Of a DNA stretch of 64,000 nucleotides, positions 1-10,442 are shown piece by piece (position 1 is the stretch's first letter; the number at the start of each line of letters is the position of its first letter). Source of the DNA: Cyanobacteria bacterium P01_D01_bin.156 (lineage in GTDB: Bacteria; Cyanobacteriota; Cyanobacteriia; Phormidesmidales; Phormidesmidaceae); NCBI GenBank assembly GCA_039024555.1, contig JBCCQQ010000013.1:32001-96000 (forward strand), written 5' to 3'. The notes beneath the pieces are model-generated. The model did not search any database and had not been told where the DNA came from. It saw only the letters and a list, made by a program, of their open reading frames with translations. Position numbers and translations under genes: made by a program.

Positions 1-387
1 AATCACGTTTCCCCCGTCAAAACCTTTTCTCCTATCCTGTATCTAGATCTGCAATTTCCTAAAGGCGGTAGCTTTACCCTTACAGCTCCTCATACAGAAC
101 GGGCTGTGTACAGTGTGACTCCAGGAATTTCCCTTGATGGCAACCCCATAGAACAGCATCGTCTAGTCACATTAGAACCACAACAGTCAGTAGAGATTTC
201 GGCTGGTTTAGGTGGGAGATGCATTGTCATCGGTGGGGAACCGCTGGGCACACGGCATAAGTGGTGGAATTTTGTCTCTAGCCGTCCCCAGCGTATTGAA
301 CAAGCTAAACAGGACTGGCTTGACTGGAAGTTTGGTCAAGTGCCAGAGGAAACCGAGTTTATCCCGCTACCGGATACGCTCTCTTAA
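1..387 (+). CDS. Pirin family protein, C-terminal part (5' truncated by window edge)
   Basis: Frame open from base 1 (NHVSPVKTFSPILYLD...). The segment GGEPLGTRHKWWNFVSS..RIEQAKQDW...FGQVPEETEFIPLP is typical of the pirin C-terminus. Confidence 0.85.
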   Translation, partial: NHVSPVKTFSPILYLDLQFPKGGSFTLTAPHTERAVYSVTPGISLDGNPIEQHRLVTLEPQQSVEISAGLGGRCIVIGGEPLGTRHKWWNFVSSRPQRIEQAKQDWLDWKFGQVPEETEFIPLPDTLS

Positions 388-505
388 AACCGCAGCATCA
401 GTTTCAACAACAGGCTAACCTAACGTGCTCTGCTCTGCATAGACCTTCCCTAAACAGTTTAGGTAGTGTCTCTCACTTCTGGGGTAGATTAGCCTGTGCC
501 TATTG

Positions 506-1453
506 CTAGCAGGTAGCCGTCTGCACCCACATACGAACCATGGTACGAGGCTGGCTAGGATACTCAGTGTAGGCCCTGCGATCATGGGCTACACATCGAT
601 TATTTACCCAAAGCTGATCGCCTTGTTCCATCCGCAATGTGTGTACATGCTCAGGTATTTCCAATGCCGCATCTAACGCATCGAAGGCCTTTAGCTGCTG
701 CGTAGTAAGGGGTGCCTCGGCACGATGGTGCCCTGTTTCAATCCAATAGCGCATATAGCGAAAGGTGAATTGGCCAGTGGGCGCAAATACAGGAAACGCG
801 TTAGCACGAAGGCAGCTTAAATCTTTTTCTGCTCCGGGTGTAACTACATCGCGGATAAACGGCTGATACAGCTGCTCTAGATGCTGGGGAGCAGTAGCTG
901 CTAAATAGTTGTGCACGGTGACAGCGCTGCATAGGCGACTCTCTCCTCCTGTTTTGCCAGGCTGTAAACACAACAAACTGATAATATCTGGTTGTACCAA
1001 ACGGGCGGAACTATCTGTATGAAACCCCGTGGCTGAGCACGTCATACTAATGGGTACAACTTCCTTTTTATAGCAAACACCCCGATCTCTCACATCATAG
1101 AGACGGCCATAGTTTTCTAACACGTTGCCCAACGCTGTTCCGATGGCTAGATAAACCAATCGCTGCAGTGAGCGTGGCTGCTCTGCCACTAAATCACGGA
1201 CCAAACAAAAACCAGGGCCATGGGTCAATCGTTTATGGATCTCAGTAGCTAAACTGGCTATCCCAGGCAATGAAAGAGTTCCCCACTGCCACGCTTGCTC
1301 AGGATTATCTTGTCCTTTAGCCCAAGCATCTAATTTTTCAATATCTGATCCGATTGCAGCAGATGGCAGACATTGCCACAGAGAATCTGTAGCCAGCTCG
1401 CGTACCGTACAAGCGAGTGGCCTGGAACGCACAGCAGACAATGTACTAATCAT
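506..1453 (-). CDS. TauD/TfdA-like Fe(II)/2-oxoglutarate-dependent dioxygenase
   Basis: HxD motif (GFHTDS), LLCLQPGKTGGES, distal His in NNRCVAHDRRAY, terminal RxxxRxW. Confidence 0.85.
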   Translation of the reverse strand: MISTLSAVRSRPLACTVRELATDSLWQCLPSAAIGSDIEKLDAWAKGQDNPEQAWQWGTLSLPGIASLATEIHKRLTHGPGFCLVRDLVAEQPRSLQRLVYLAIGTALGNVLENYGRLYDVRDRGVCYKKEVVPISMTCSATGFHTDSSARLVQPDIISLLCLQPGKTGGESRLCSAVTVHNYLAATAPQHLEQLYQPFIRDVVTPGAEKDLSCLRANAFPVFAPTGQFTFRYMRYWIETGHHRAEAPLTTQQLKAFDALDAALEIPEHVHTLRMEQGDQLWVNNRCVAHDRRAYTEYPSQPRTMVRMWVQTATC

Positions 1454-1752
1454 GTAGAAATATCCCCTGATGGAAAAGTGTTGAATTAGAAATCAGAACT
1501 GATCATCCCAAAGTAGGTACATTTTTTGATGCGTATATCCTGGTACAGGAAACCAAACAACAAAACACCTGGCATACTGAATATACGCAAATAAGGATTA
1601 TGGGCTTATACATGGGGCAAAATAGCCCACCGTAAGAGCCATATCTGTGCCAGAAAGTCAGGACAACAGGCATTTCTCGAAAGCTTTAGCTGTAGCAAAC
1701 ACACAAACAACAAAATAGGTGTGAGTCGCTACATACCAAAAATTATTTAATG

Positions 1753-1858
1753 CTACCCTCACCAATTCTGGAGAAGACCTAACGACAAGATTCCAGAATT
1801 GGGTCAAGGTAGTATCAAAATTGTTGATTGAGATTATCTACTTAAATGCAGATAATCT
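1753..1858 (-). terminator. Two stem-loops just downstream of the methyltransferase gene
   Basis: CCAATTCTGGA(1762-1772)/TCCAGAATTGG(1792-1802) and AGATTATCT(1831-1839)/AGATAATCT(1850-1858). Confidence 0.45.
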
Positions 1859-1878
1859 ATCAATTGTTTAGCCATTGG

Positions 1879-2628
1879 CTAATGTTCAACCACAAACAAC
1901 ATATGTAAGGGAGTCCCTAGCAACGGCCCAAAGAAATCGGGATCTAGGTCAATATGTTCAGGTTGCACTGCCAGTTCCTTAATGACAGGTAGCTTAGTCC
2001 AACCTGCCGTCCTTAGAGCGACAAAGTAGTCTTCTAGGGTTTTATGAACACAGCGAACCGGCACATCAATGCCATCTCGCCGCCAAATACGACCTTCTAG
2101 AGTGCGATCGCGATCGCTCATATAAAGTGAATTCTCAGGATTAAAGAAAAAAGGATATTCCTGGGGGCGCAACCAGGGTAAGGAGGGATGAGGCACGGTA
2201 AATACGAATTTCCCTCCAGCTTTAAGTAGCCTACGCGCCTGACTTAGAACGGTTGTCATTTCCGCTCGCGTCAAATAGTTAAACAAAAAGATAGCGGCGA
2301 TGCGATCGTAATTACTGCTTTGCAAATGCATTAGATCTGTTGCACTGCCCTGTTGCCAAGAGAGCGCAGTATCATCTGTAGCTATCTGAGCGCGACCAAC
2401 CATCTCTTCTGAGAGCTCTATGCCCAAAACGGCAGAAGCACCACGAGCCCTCATTTGTCTGGCTAAATAGCCTTCTCCACAGCCTAGGTCAAGCACGTTT
2501 GCACCAACCATCGGCTCTAGGGCCTCCAGCGCAAATGGACGAGCTGTAAAGTCAGAAAGTAATACTTTTTCTGTTCTTACCCATTGAGCTGCGGCCTGAT
2601 CATAAATTTGTTGAGTTGTTGTACTCAT
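1879..2628 (-). CDS. Class I SAM-dependent methyltransferase
   Basis: Motif I VLDLGCGEG, acidic motif II (GIELS), LKAGGKFVF. Start overlaps the upstream stop (ATGA) and has a GGAGG RBS. Confidence 0.9.
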   Translation of the reverse strand: MSTTTQQIYDQAAAQWVRTEKVLLSDFTARPFALEALEPMVGANVLDLGCGEGYLARQMRARGASAVLGIELSEEMVGRAQIATDDTALSWQQGSATDLMHLQSSNYDRIAAIFLFNYLTRAEMTTVLSQARRLLKAGGKFVFTVPHPSLPWLRPQEYPFFFNPENSLYMSDRDRTLEGRIWRRDGIDVPVRCVHKTLEDYFVALRTAGWTKLPVIKELAVQPEHIDLDPDFFGPLLGTPLHMLFVVEH

Positions 2629-3440
2629 GCAGTCACACCTCCTTGAGTCAAGGCTCGCTCATACATCCAGTCCCAAAACTTGGCTCGCAAGTCGAGGGCG
2701 GCTAACATCCCTTTTCGAAGGTTAGACTGGCCCTCTGGCGTCACGGCCAGATCGGCAGCTATGTCCAATAGGGTTTCTTGGTGAGCATCGTCTACAAGGG
2801 TGTGCATCGAGAAAAAGACCGTATCTCGTGCGGATAAATTAGGCAATAATGAAAGTGCTTGCAAAATGGGACGATAGCACTGACTAACAATACTTTCTGT
2901 GCCCAATCCAAGGGCGCCAATTGCCTCTTCAATGGAGCCTTGACTTAACACCGTCAACAACTGGTTTCGCCAATAAATAACCTCTAGAGCTGTGCGCTCT
3001 AGATCGGTATCCAACACCCCAATTGCCCGCTGAAAGCGCTGAAATAGCTGAGGATGAGGAATTCCTAAAATCCACTCTGACTCAATTCCAGCTTTCGCGA
3101 GTGTCAGAAGGTCATCATCAGGATAGCTACCTGACTCTTCGTCAAGATTTTGCAACAATGCTTCACGATGATCGGCACAGTCTAACCGAGAGATAACTGC
3201 TTTGAGAAACGTTGGGAAATAGGTTGAATAGCCGTAGTACTGACGGGCAAAATCCGTCATGGCCCACTGCAAATCAGGTACATTTCCCGTCGCCAGCGCC
3301 TTTAGATAAGGATGCTGAAGCGCACAGTGGTGACTAGCTTCTTCGGAAAGTTCTTGCAGATATGCTTGCACACCCATGTATGTGGACAAGACATACTGGT
3401 GACTCACCGTAGAATCATGAGCGATAGAAACAACAGACAT
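2625..3440 (-). CDS. Heme-oxygenase-like diiron oxidase (iron-containing redox enzyme, CADD/PqqC/TenA-like fold)
   Basis: Diiron-type ligand pattern NLDEESG..PHPQLF..LGTE..MHTLVDDAH, plus N-terminal HPYL and C-terminal R..FWD. ATG at 3440 preferred over the longer ORF start. Confidence 0.8.
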   Translation of the reverse strand: MSVVSIAHDSTVSHQYVLSTYMGVQAYLQELSEEASHHCALQHPYLKALATGNVPDLQWAMTDFARQYYGYSTYFPTFLKAVISRLDCADHREALLQNLDEESGSYPDDDLLTLAKAGIESEWILGIPHPQLFQRFQRAIGVLDTDLERTALEVIYWRNQLLTVLSQGSIEEAIGALGLGTESIVSQCYRPILQALSLLPNLSARDTVFFSMHTLVDDAHQETLLDIAADLAVTPEGQSNLRKGMLAALDLRAKFWDWMYERALTQGGVTA

Positions 3441-3544
3441 AGTAGAAAGACCCTGAACAAAATTCAAAGCAACTTCGTAGAGACAGTTCGCAAAGCTTAT
3501 CTAGGACGTAGGCATAACAAACAACTACAACAAAAAAGATGCTA

Positions 3545-3580
3545 CATAGAAATTCTACGCAATTGCATAGAATTTCTATG
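3545..3580. promoter_or_regulatory. Near-perfect 36-bp palindrome upstream of the diiron oxidase gene
   Basis: CATAGAAATTCTA-cGCAATTGCa-TAGAATTTCTATG. Confidence 0.5.
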
Positions 3581-3750
3581 CTAGACAACATTTGCTGTCA
3601 GCCCGTTTCAAGCTTGTTATCTACCCCTAAAGGAAGGATAAACAACAGGCTGTATAACACAAAATTTTCAGCGTGAGTTTTTAGAACTCAGAGGATACTT
3701 ACCTAAATTGACTAGAAACATGCTTAACTCAAGCAATATTTAAGGGATAT

Positions 3751-3776
3751 AGGTACTTCCCGATAATTTCGGTAAA
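3751..3776 (+). promoter_or_regulatory. CGGTA-type repeat array (copy 1)
   Basis: AGGTA 3751, CGATA 3761, CGGTAAA 3770. Confidence 0.4.
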
Positions 3777-4022
3777 TATACTCATTTTAGTCAAAATATC
3801 TTAATTATTGTCCTGGATAATTACACGCAGATTAGCATGCCTACCCCCTAAAGAGATATCCGTATATTCAACTATATGCTATTAAAAATCTGGCACAACA
3901 TGATACGTAACACCTTTTTATTCAGGGGTTTAGCAGTTTTATTAAGAGATTCAGTGCTTTCCCTGATGCAGTATTTTTGTTTGCCAAACAACAAAATCAA
4001 AAGCTCAGAGGTTTTGATTAAC

Positions 4023-4038
4023 TCGGTATTAATACCGA
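4023..4038. promoter_or_regulatory. Perfect 16-bp palindrome made of two CGGTATT half-sites
   Basis: TCGGTATTAATACCGA equals its reverse complement. Confidence 0.55.
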
Positions 4039-4052
4039 ATAATATAAGTTTT

Positions 4053-4095
4053 CCAAACAGTATTTTTTGCCTTGGTGCAAAAAAATACTGTTTGG
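4053..4095. promoter_or_regulatory. Long inverted repeat upstream of H-NOX
   Basis: CCAAACAGTATTTTTTGC...GCAAAAAAATACTGTTTGG (one bulge). Confidence 0.5.
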
Positions 4096-4205
4096 GAATA
4101 CATTCAAGGCAAAAATTGATTTAATACTTAGAAAGTCAGGAGGTAACCTAGCGAAACCGATGTCGTAAGATCAGCCACATAATTTTATATAGAGGCAGCA
4201 ATAAT

Positions 4206-4757
4206 ATGTACGGATTAATTAATCGGGCTATTCAGGACATGGTGTGCGAGCACTACGGTGTTAGCCTATGGGAAGAAGTCAAACTCAGGGCGGACGTTGA
4301 AGAATCACGTTTCTTGGTACTGCACTCGTACCCAGATGATATGACCCATCGGCTCGTTAAAGCGGCTAGTGATGTGTTACAGCTTTCTAGCAGTGAGATT
4401 ATGGCCGCTTTCGGACGCTACTGGGTGGAATATACCGGTAAGGCAGGATATAAAGAGCTAATAGAAATGGCCGGTGATACATTACCTGACTTTTTAAGTA
4501 ACCTCGATGAGCTGCACTCAAGAGTAGGCGTCCAATTCCCGGAACTTAAACCTCCCGAGTTTAGCTGTGACCAAATAGATGGTCAAAATATTGAGCTACA
4601 TTACCAATCAACCCGCGATGGGCTGGCTCCCATGGTCCTTGGTTTACTAGAAGGTGTGGGCGACCGTTTTCATCAATCTGTTCAAGTCACTCAAGTTGAA
4701 GATCGTCAAGATGGTGCAGATCACGACGTTTTTCACGTTAGATACGAATCTGAGTAG
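4206..4757 (+). CDS. H-NOX (heme nitric oxide/oxygen binding, HNOB) protein
   Basis: MYGLIN start, SYPD, FGRYW, proximal His (LDELH), PPEF, YxSxR (YQSTR), final HDVF. Confidence 0.95.
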   Translation: MYGLINRAIQDMVCEHYGVSLWEEVKLRADVEESRFLVLHSYPDDMTHRLVKAASDVLQLSSSEIMAAFGRYWVEYTGKAGYKELIEMAGDTLPDFLSNLDELHSRVGVQFPELKPPEFSCDQIDGQNIELHYQSTRDGLAPMVLGLLEGVGDRFHQSVQVTQVEDRQDGADHDVFHVRYESE

Positions 4758-4760
4758 GTT

Positions 4761-6188
4761 ATGGACTCTTTTTCCTACACATTATCCCCAAAACATTTTA
4801 CTCAAGCGTTTCCATTCCACCTTGTACTAGATTCTTCGCTAAAAATCGTCCAAACTGGCTGTGTTCTGGAGCGTACTCTAGACCGATCATTAATAGGAGA
4901 TAATGTAGAAGACTATTTTGTCATTTCTCGTCCTAAAATCACCTGGGACTTATCTGTTATTAAAAACAAACAGCAATCGCTGTTCGTCCTATCGGTCAAA
5001 GAGTCAAACATGATTCTGAAAGGGCAGATGGTGTGGGATGCATCCATAGAGAAGCTATTTTTTCTATGTTCAGTCTGGGTGCATAAAGCAAATGATCTAA
5101 AAGTTCTAGGTCTCAAATTTCAGGACTTTGCGCTTCATGATACTACATCAGATTTTATAATTTTACAGCGCACTAGCCAGATGGCCTTGGAAGATGCCCA
5201 AGCACTTACTCAAGAAGTACAGCTGCAGAAAGAACAAGTTGAGACACTTTTAAAGCAACAGGAAAAATTGACTAAGGAGGCTCACGAGCGAGCACAAATC
5301 TTAGAAGAAACATTGATAAATTTGCGTAAAACTCAGCTACATCTGGTCCAAGCTGAGAAAATGAGTGCTTTAGGTCAGCTCACAGCTGGTATTGCCCATG
5401 AGATCAATAACCCTCTGGCTTTTATTAGCGGCAATCTTCAGTATCTCGAAGGGGATATTACGAACTTGCTCAAATTTGCAGCAACGTACCAAACCCAAAA
5501 TAATTATTCATCCCCTTCTTTGGAAGAGGCTTTTGCTCAGTTAGATTTTGAGTTTCTAGAAGCAGATTTGCCAAAGCTTTTAAACTCTTTGGAAGCCGGT
5601 AGCGATCGCATCATGGAAATCGTTAATGCACTACGGACATTCTCTCGTCTAGATGAAGCACCTATTAAACAAATAGATATCCATGAAGGACTGGATAGCT
5701 CGCTGCGGCTACTACAGCATCGCTTTAACGAAAAACCGCATCGATCAGAAATTGTTATTCATAAACGCTACTTCAATTCTCTGCCCAGCATTGAATGCTA
5801 TGCCGGGCAGCTCAATCAAGTGTTTATGAATGTGCTGGCAAATGCAGCTGATGCCATAGAAAATTCCTATCAGGAACATCCGATGATTCAGATTGCTACC
5901 GACCAACTTGACAACCATTGGATTCAGGTTTCTATCTTGGACAATGGCTCTGGCATTCCAGAAGAGGTCCAAAATAAAATTTTTGATCCGTTTTTTACCA
6001 CTAAACCAATTGGCAAAGGGACAGGATTAGGTATGTCCATTAGCCGACAAATTGTTACAGAACAGCATAGTGGGCGATTTTATTTTCAAACTCGTAGAAA
6101 TGCAGGCACCCAGTTCTTTATCGAGCTACCAATTAGTCAATCCTTGCCCGCTGCTAATACAGCCAATGAGTCGATGCAAGAAAATTAA
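4761..6188 (+). CDS. HNOBA (H-NOX-associated PAS-like) domain histidine kinase
   Basis: N-terminal [23 protein letters not shown] as in sGC HNOBA domains; H-box AHEINNP, N-box NQVFMN, G boxes DNGSG/GTGLG. Confidence 0.9.
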   Translation: MDSFSYTLSPKHFTQAFPFHLVLDSSLKIVQTGCVLERTLDRSLIGDNVEDYFVISRPKITWDLSVIKNKQQSLFVLSVKESNMILKGQMVWDASIEKLFFLCSVWVHKANDLKVLGLKFQDFALHDTTSDFIILQRTSQMALEDAQALTQEVQLQKEQVETLLKQQEKLTKEAHERAQILEETLINLRKTQLHLVQAEKMSALGQLTAGIAHEINNPLAFISGNLQYLEGDITNLLKFAATYQTQNNYSSPSLEEAFAQLDFEFLEADLPKLLNSLEAGSDRIMEIVNALRTFSRLDEAPIKQIDIHEGLDSSLRLLQHRFNEKPHRSEIVIHKRYFNSLPSIECYAGQLNQVFMNVLANAADAIENSYQEHPMIQIATDQLDNHWIQVSILDNGSGIPEEVQNKIFDPFFTTKPIGKGTGLGMSISRQIVTEQHSGRFYFQTRRNAGTQFFIELPISQSLPAANTANESMQEN

Positions 6189-6270
6189 ACATCGCTTTGT
6201 AGAGACTTTCCAAGAGAACATCTGCTAATGCCCATTGACGATGCCTACAGTCGCAGAGAACTATTAGGTT

Positions 6271-6612
6271 CTAAAAAATCAAGAGATTTAACGGTACTGG
6301 ATCTCCAAGCCAGGTCGCATGATCCGTATGATCTGCCAGATCGTTTCCGGTCAATCCATGCACAAGCACAGTAAACTCTCCTCGGTTGTTGTCCAACCAT
6401 GGAATCAGTCGATCAAATTGGGTTTTATCAAAGGCTAATTGACAGCTCCGACAAGGGTGCGGACCCACTGGCTTTTGATGGACTCGACCCACATTTACCC
6501 CAAATAATTCTCCAGCCTGCTGACATAGGGAAGCTGCTTTTTGGGTGGAGTTGCCATCGAAATAAACATGGGCGTGATACTGGTCATAAATGTTGGTGGG
6601 ACGTTTTGTCAT
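6271..6612 (-). CDS. DOPA 4,5-dioxygenase family protein
   Basis: YHAHVYFD, VGRVHQKPVGPHP, VLVHGLTGNDLADHTDHATWLG. Start placed at ATG 6612. Confidence 0.85.
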   Translation of the reverse strand: MTKRPTNIYDQYHAHVYFDGNSTQKAASLCQQAGELFGVNVGRVHQKPVGPHPCRSCQLAFDKTQFDRLIPWLDNNRGEFTVLVHGLTGNDLADHTDHATWLGDPVPLNLLIF

Positions 6613-7009
6613 AGGTGAATCACATAAAATATCAGACATCTTGTTACCAATATAGGATTCGTGGCATTTCAGGCCGAAAATCCCTAGTTCAGCCTGTAGC
6701 ATGGTTATCAAAATACCCCAGAGTACGGGCCGTTTTTAGTCGCGGTTACTTTTTACATAGGTTCAGTTAGAGCTTCTTGGAGGCGGGTCTGAACCAAAAA
6801 CAAGTCGAGCCTATCAGGCAAATTGGAGCAACGCATTTGGCTAGCCTAAACAAAACATAATTTAGGTCCATAACCTAAATCATGACACCCCCGCAGGATG
6901 AAGCTAACTACAGTCTATTGAGTAGGCAAGATAGCCCTGCACCCATACGCTGTGGGGAACAGCATTAAAACACTGTAGCCATTGCTAAAGATTCAGCAGG
7001 CTCTAGTGC

Positions 7010-7762
7010 TTACTTGCTTGGGAACTGGTTAATATGGGCCACGCCGTAGAAAACTAGCTCCTTATTTCGCATCCTCACTTTATCAATGCGTAGCTGGGTG
7101 CCATCCAACGCAAAGGAATCTAGGTCCATTAACGCATTCACATGCTCGACAATGGCCTTAGCAAGGGCAATATCCTGATCGGTACCGCCGCAGCTAACAT
7201 CTACAAATGCCAGCTTCTTGCGCTCGTATACCTCTACGCGGGCCGTCAACGATATAAAGTTGGGTGGCGCTGACGTACTACCTACCCGGACCTGGCTTGT
7301 CAATGCAATGGTCTTATCGTCATTTAGCTCCATTTCAGTCCCACTAAAATAAAGCGCTTGATTGTCAAACTGCATACGCTGCAGCTTTTCCACCACAAAT
7401 GGCGTATTAAAGGATGTGGTCAAATCTTCTTCGGTGAGTACTACCCGCATGGACGCTTGGGTAGGCTGCTTGATCCTCACTTGGCCTTTAAAGATAGCGC
7501 CAAAATCAATAGATACCGCTTGTACAAACAGCTCCATAGCTTTGATGCGTAGGCCGTTGTACATCAGCATGCTGTGGCCTACAAAATCAAAACCGTCCAC
7601 ACTACCCTGGAGCAACTTAGCAACGGGTTCAGCCCGTACATTAGCCTCCAGCTTGCCGGTACGCTTAAACAAAGCGGCAATGGCACTGCTCACTGCCTTG
7701 CTGACCACTTGGTCACCGCCCTGTCCTGGAAATGGTAAATTGCCTAGCACGAAGGATGTCAT
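7010..7762 (-). CDS. DUF2993 / LmeA-like family protein
   Basis: V.AEP..KLLQGSVDG, IDFG, VVLTEEDL..SFN motifs typical of the cyanobacterial family. Confidence 0.7.
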   Translation of the reverse strand: MTSFVLGNLPFPGQGGDQVVSKAVSSAIAALFKRTGKLEANVRAEPVAKLLQGSVDGFDFVGHSMLMYNGLRIKAMELFVQAVSIDFGAIFKGQVRIKQPTQASMRVVLTEEDLTTSFNTPFVVEKLQRMQFDNQALYFSGTEMELNDDKTIALTSQVRVGSTSAPPNFISLTARVEVYERKKLAFVDVSCGGTDQDIALAKAIVEHVNALMDLDSFALDGTQLRIDKVRMRNKELVFYGVAHINQFPSK

Positions 7763-8095
7763 TCCTGATCAATGAGCGATTTCACAGCAACGATAGCCGA
7801 AATCAAACGTATGTGGTCAGCCCTATTATGTACTTATTTTAAGAAATGTAACCAGTGAAAACGATACCTTTCCCTTATCAATGGGATTGAAAGACTAAAA
7901 GGATTGTAATGCAGGTCTTCCCATATCTTCAGACAATCTAGCCGGAATCGTTGATCCTGGCGTTTGCAAGGCTTTGTAATAGAGATGAAAAAACGTCAAA
8001 ACCATTACAGACTAAGATTTTCGAGTTAGTCAGTATAGGGCCAATCATTTTTTACTCACAGAATACTGAACGATGTCGTATAGGTAGATATATCT

Positions 8096-9145
8096 ATGGT
8101 TAGCATAGAGAAAAAGCAATTGCTAAATCACTATCCACGGGGATGCACCTTTGCCAACGACGATTGGGATGCGATCGCACCGTTCTGGTTTCCCGTTGCC
8201 TTTAGCCACGAGGTAAACGATCAACCAGTATCAACCACCTTGCTGGATCAGCGCCTGGTGGTATGGCGCACGAGCCAAGGGGTATCCGTTGCCAATGACC
8301 TATGTCTGCACCGCGGTGTACCCATGAGTATGGGGCAGGTCAAGGGCGATCAGCTAATTTGCAAGTACCACGGCTTTCACTACGATGCCAGCGGCAAATG
8401 CACCCTGATTCCGGCCAATCCCCAAGCAAGTATTCCAGCCCGCCTATGTCTAAAAGCCTATCCTGTCCGTGAAGCCTACGGTCTGGTGTGGACTACCCTG
8501 ACGGGCGATGGCAGTGATTCAAACCTCCCCCAGCTACCAGAATGGGACACCCCAGACTACCAGCCCATATTGCCGAACAGCTTAGATATTAATGCAGCTG
8601 CAGGTCGGCAAATGGAGGGTTTTTTGGATGTGGCCCACTTTGCCTGGGTCCATCATGAAGCGTTTGCCGACCGGGATAAGCCAGAGGTACCCCCCTATAC
8701 CGTTACAACGACACCGATGGGGTTGCGAGCTGAGTATACTAGTAATGTTAGTAATTTCCCTAAGGGATTACAGCATCGGGCACCCGCTGATTTTCAGTGG
8801 CTGCGCGTATTTGATGTGTTTCTACCCTTTGCCGCCATTTTGCGGGTGCATTTTCCAGATGGGGGACGGCTGTGTATTCTCAATGCGCCATCACCTATGT
8901 CCGCTCGAAAAACTCGGTTATTCTCTCCCCTGTGTCGTAATTTTGACCAGGATCAGCCCCTAGAGCCTGTCTACGAATTTAATCGACAAATTTTTACAGA
9001 AGATCAAGAGGTTGTGGAAGCTCAATACCCTGAGGACTTACCTTTGGATTTACGTACTGAGTGCCACATTGAAGCCGATAAAACCTCTATTGCCTATCGC
9101 AAGGGACTGGCACAGCTAGGACTTAGCAAAGTGTACACGGCTTAG
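8096..9145 (+). CDS. Rieske non-heme iron oxygenase, VanA-like (O/N-demethylase or monooxygenase type)
   Basis: Rieske CLHRG / CKYHG; mononuclear Fe site EGFLDVAHFAWVH...FTED. Confidence 0.9.
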   Translation: MVSIEKKQLLNHYPRGCTFANDDWDAIAPFWFPVAFSHEVNDQPVSTTLLDQRLVVWRTSQGVSVANDLCLHRGVPMSMGQVKGDQLICKYHGFHYDASGKCTLIPANPQASIPARLCLKAYPVREAYGLVWTTLTGDGSDSNLPQLPEWDTPDYQPILPNSLDINAAAGRQMEGFLDVAHFAWVHHEAFADRDKPEVPPYTVTTTPMGLRAEYTSNVSNFPKGLQHRAPADFQWLRVFDVFLPFAAILRVHFPDGGRLCILNAPSPMSARKTRLFSPLCRNFDQDQPLEPVYEFNRQIFTEDQEVVEAQYPEDLPLDLRTECHIEADKTSIAYRKGLAQLGLSKVYTA

Positions 9146-9246
9146 GGGTGGGCATACTGGGGGTGCGTCGACGCATTGAGTAACCCTTTAGAGCGCGCTC
9201 AACCCTGTCGGTGGTGCATTCTTATCGTCACATCCTGACTATCAAT

Positions 9247-10401
9247 ATGTTTAAAGTAGCGGTTGGCCATAGCATTGACCCTGATTCTAGTATGGCCATT
9301 GATGAGGCTTTAGGTCAGTGTCAACAACAGCTGGCTGGTATCGTGCCCCAGGCTGGTTTGCTGCTCAGTGCAGTGGATTTTGACCATGGTTTAATTTTGC
9401 GGAAAATTCAAGCCACATTTCCCGGTATGGCGCTGATTGGCGGTACTACCGTTGGGGAAATGTCCTCCGTCCTGGATTTCCAGGAAGATTCTTTAAGCCT
9501 GATGCTGTTTGCATCGGATGAAGTGACGATTCAATCAGGGCTGGGGACTAGGGTTTCTCAAGATGCGATCGCAGCCACTCGACAAGCTATTCCTGACCTC
9601 AACGGTAGACCAGCTAAATTATGCTACACCGTGGGAGAAAGTCTTGGTGTAGATGGTGTTGACATTGTTAACGGCCTCCAGGCCGCCCTAGGTGAAGATG
9701 TAACCATTTTTGGGGGGCTGACAGGAGATGACTGGAAATTCAAACAGACCTATCAGTTCTTTGGTGACCAAGTCCTGAGTGATGCTGTAACTACCCTGGT
9801 TTTTTCCGGTAATCTCATGATTTCCTGCGGTGTTGCCACAGGGCTAAGGCCCATCGGTCGTAAAGGAATTGTTACCAAATCCCAGGGTAATACTGTGCAT
9901 ACTATTGACAATCAATCCGTAAAGCATTTTTATGCTCAGTATATGGGGGATAGTTCCATTGCAGATGTGGGTGGTGCCTGGGGGGGGTCCGTAGCCGTCT
10001 TTGAACCAGGAGAAGAGAATTTTTATGTGCGAGGTCCTAATAGTCAGGATGAAGCTTCCGGTAGTATAGACTACTTTGGCCAGGTTCCAGAACAGGCCCA
10101 TATTCAACTTACTGAATCTAATACTGAAAGTTTGTTAAATGCCGCGTCCCAAGCTCTCAAGAGAGCCCAGGCCGACTATCAAGGCACATCTCCCAGCGTT
10201 GCCCTCATTGTTTCCTGTGCTGCTCGCATGAAATCCCTAGGAACGCGTACTCGCGAGGAATATGCGGTTGCCCAATCCGTATTAGGCAAACTCCCCAATA
10301 TAGGGTTCCATGCCTACGGAGAAATTTGCCCCCTAGGTACAACTGGAAAATCGTTTTATCACAATGAAACGTTCACCACCGTACTGCTAGGTACCCATTA
10401 G
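9247..10401 (+). CDS. FIST (FIST_N + FIST_C) sensory protein, NosP-like
   Basis: [35 protein letters not shown] motifs; ATG at 9247. Confidence 0.9.
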   Translation: MFKVAVGHSIDPDSSMAIDEALGQCQQQLAGIVPQAGLLLSAVDFDHGLILRKIQATFPGMALIGGTTVGEMSSVLDFQEDSLSLMLFASDEVTIQSGLGTRVSQDAIAATRQAIPDLNGRPAKLCYTVGESLGVDGVDIVNGLQAALGEDVTIFGGLTGDDWKFKQTYQFFGDQVLSDAVTTLVFSGNLMISCGVATGLRPIGRKGIVTKSQGNTVHTIDNQSVKHFYAQYMGDSSIADVGGAWGGSVAVFEPGEENFYVRGPNSQDEASGSIDYFGQVPEQAHIQLTESNTESLLNAASQALKRAQADYQGTSPSVALIVSCAARMKSLGTRTREEYAVAQSVLGKLPNIGFHAYGEICPLGTTGKSFYHNETFTTVLLGTH

Positions 10402-10442
10402 TCGTGGCAAGTTCCCATGCAGTCGTTACAGCTACATTAACC

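Noticed and set aside
3876..4124. 82-aa ORF upstream of H-NOX
   Set aside because: Runs through AT-rich palindromic promoter DNA and shows no protein-like features.
506..9145. Guanitoxin- or saxitoxin-like toxin cluster
   Set aside because: Only generic enzyme families are shared; the PLP enzymes, kinase, PKS-like and amidinotransferase genes are absent.
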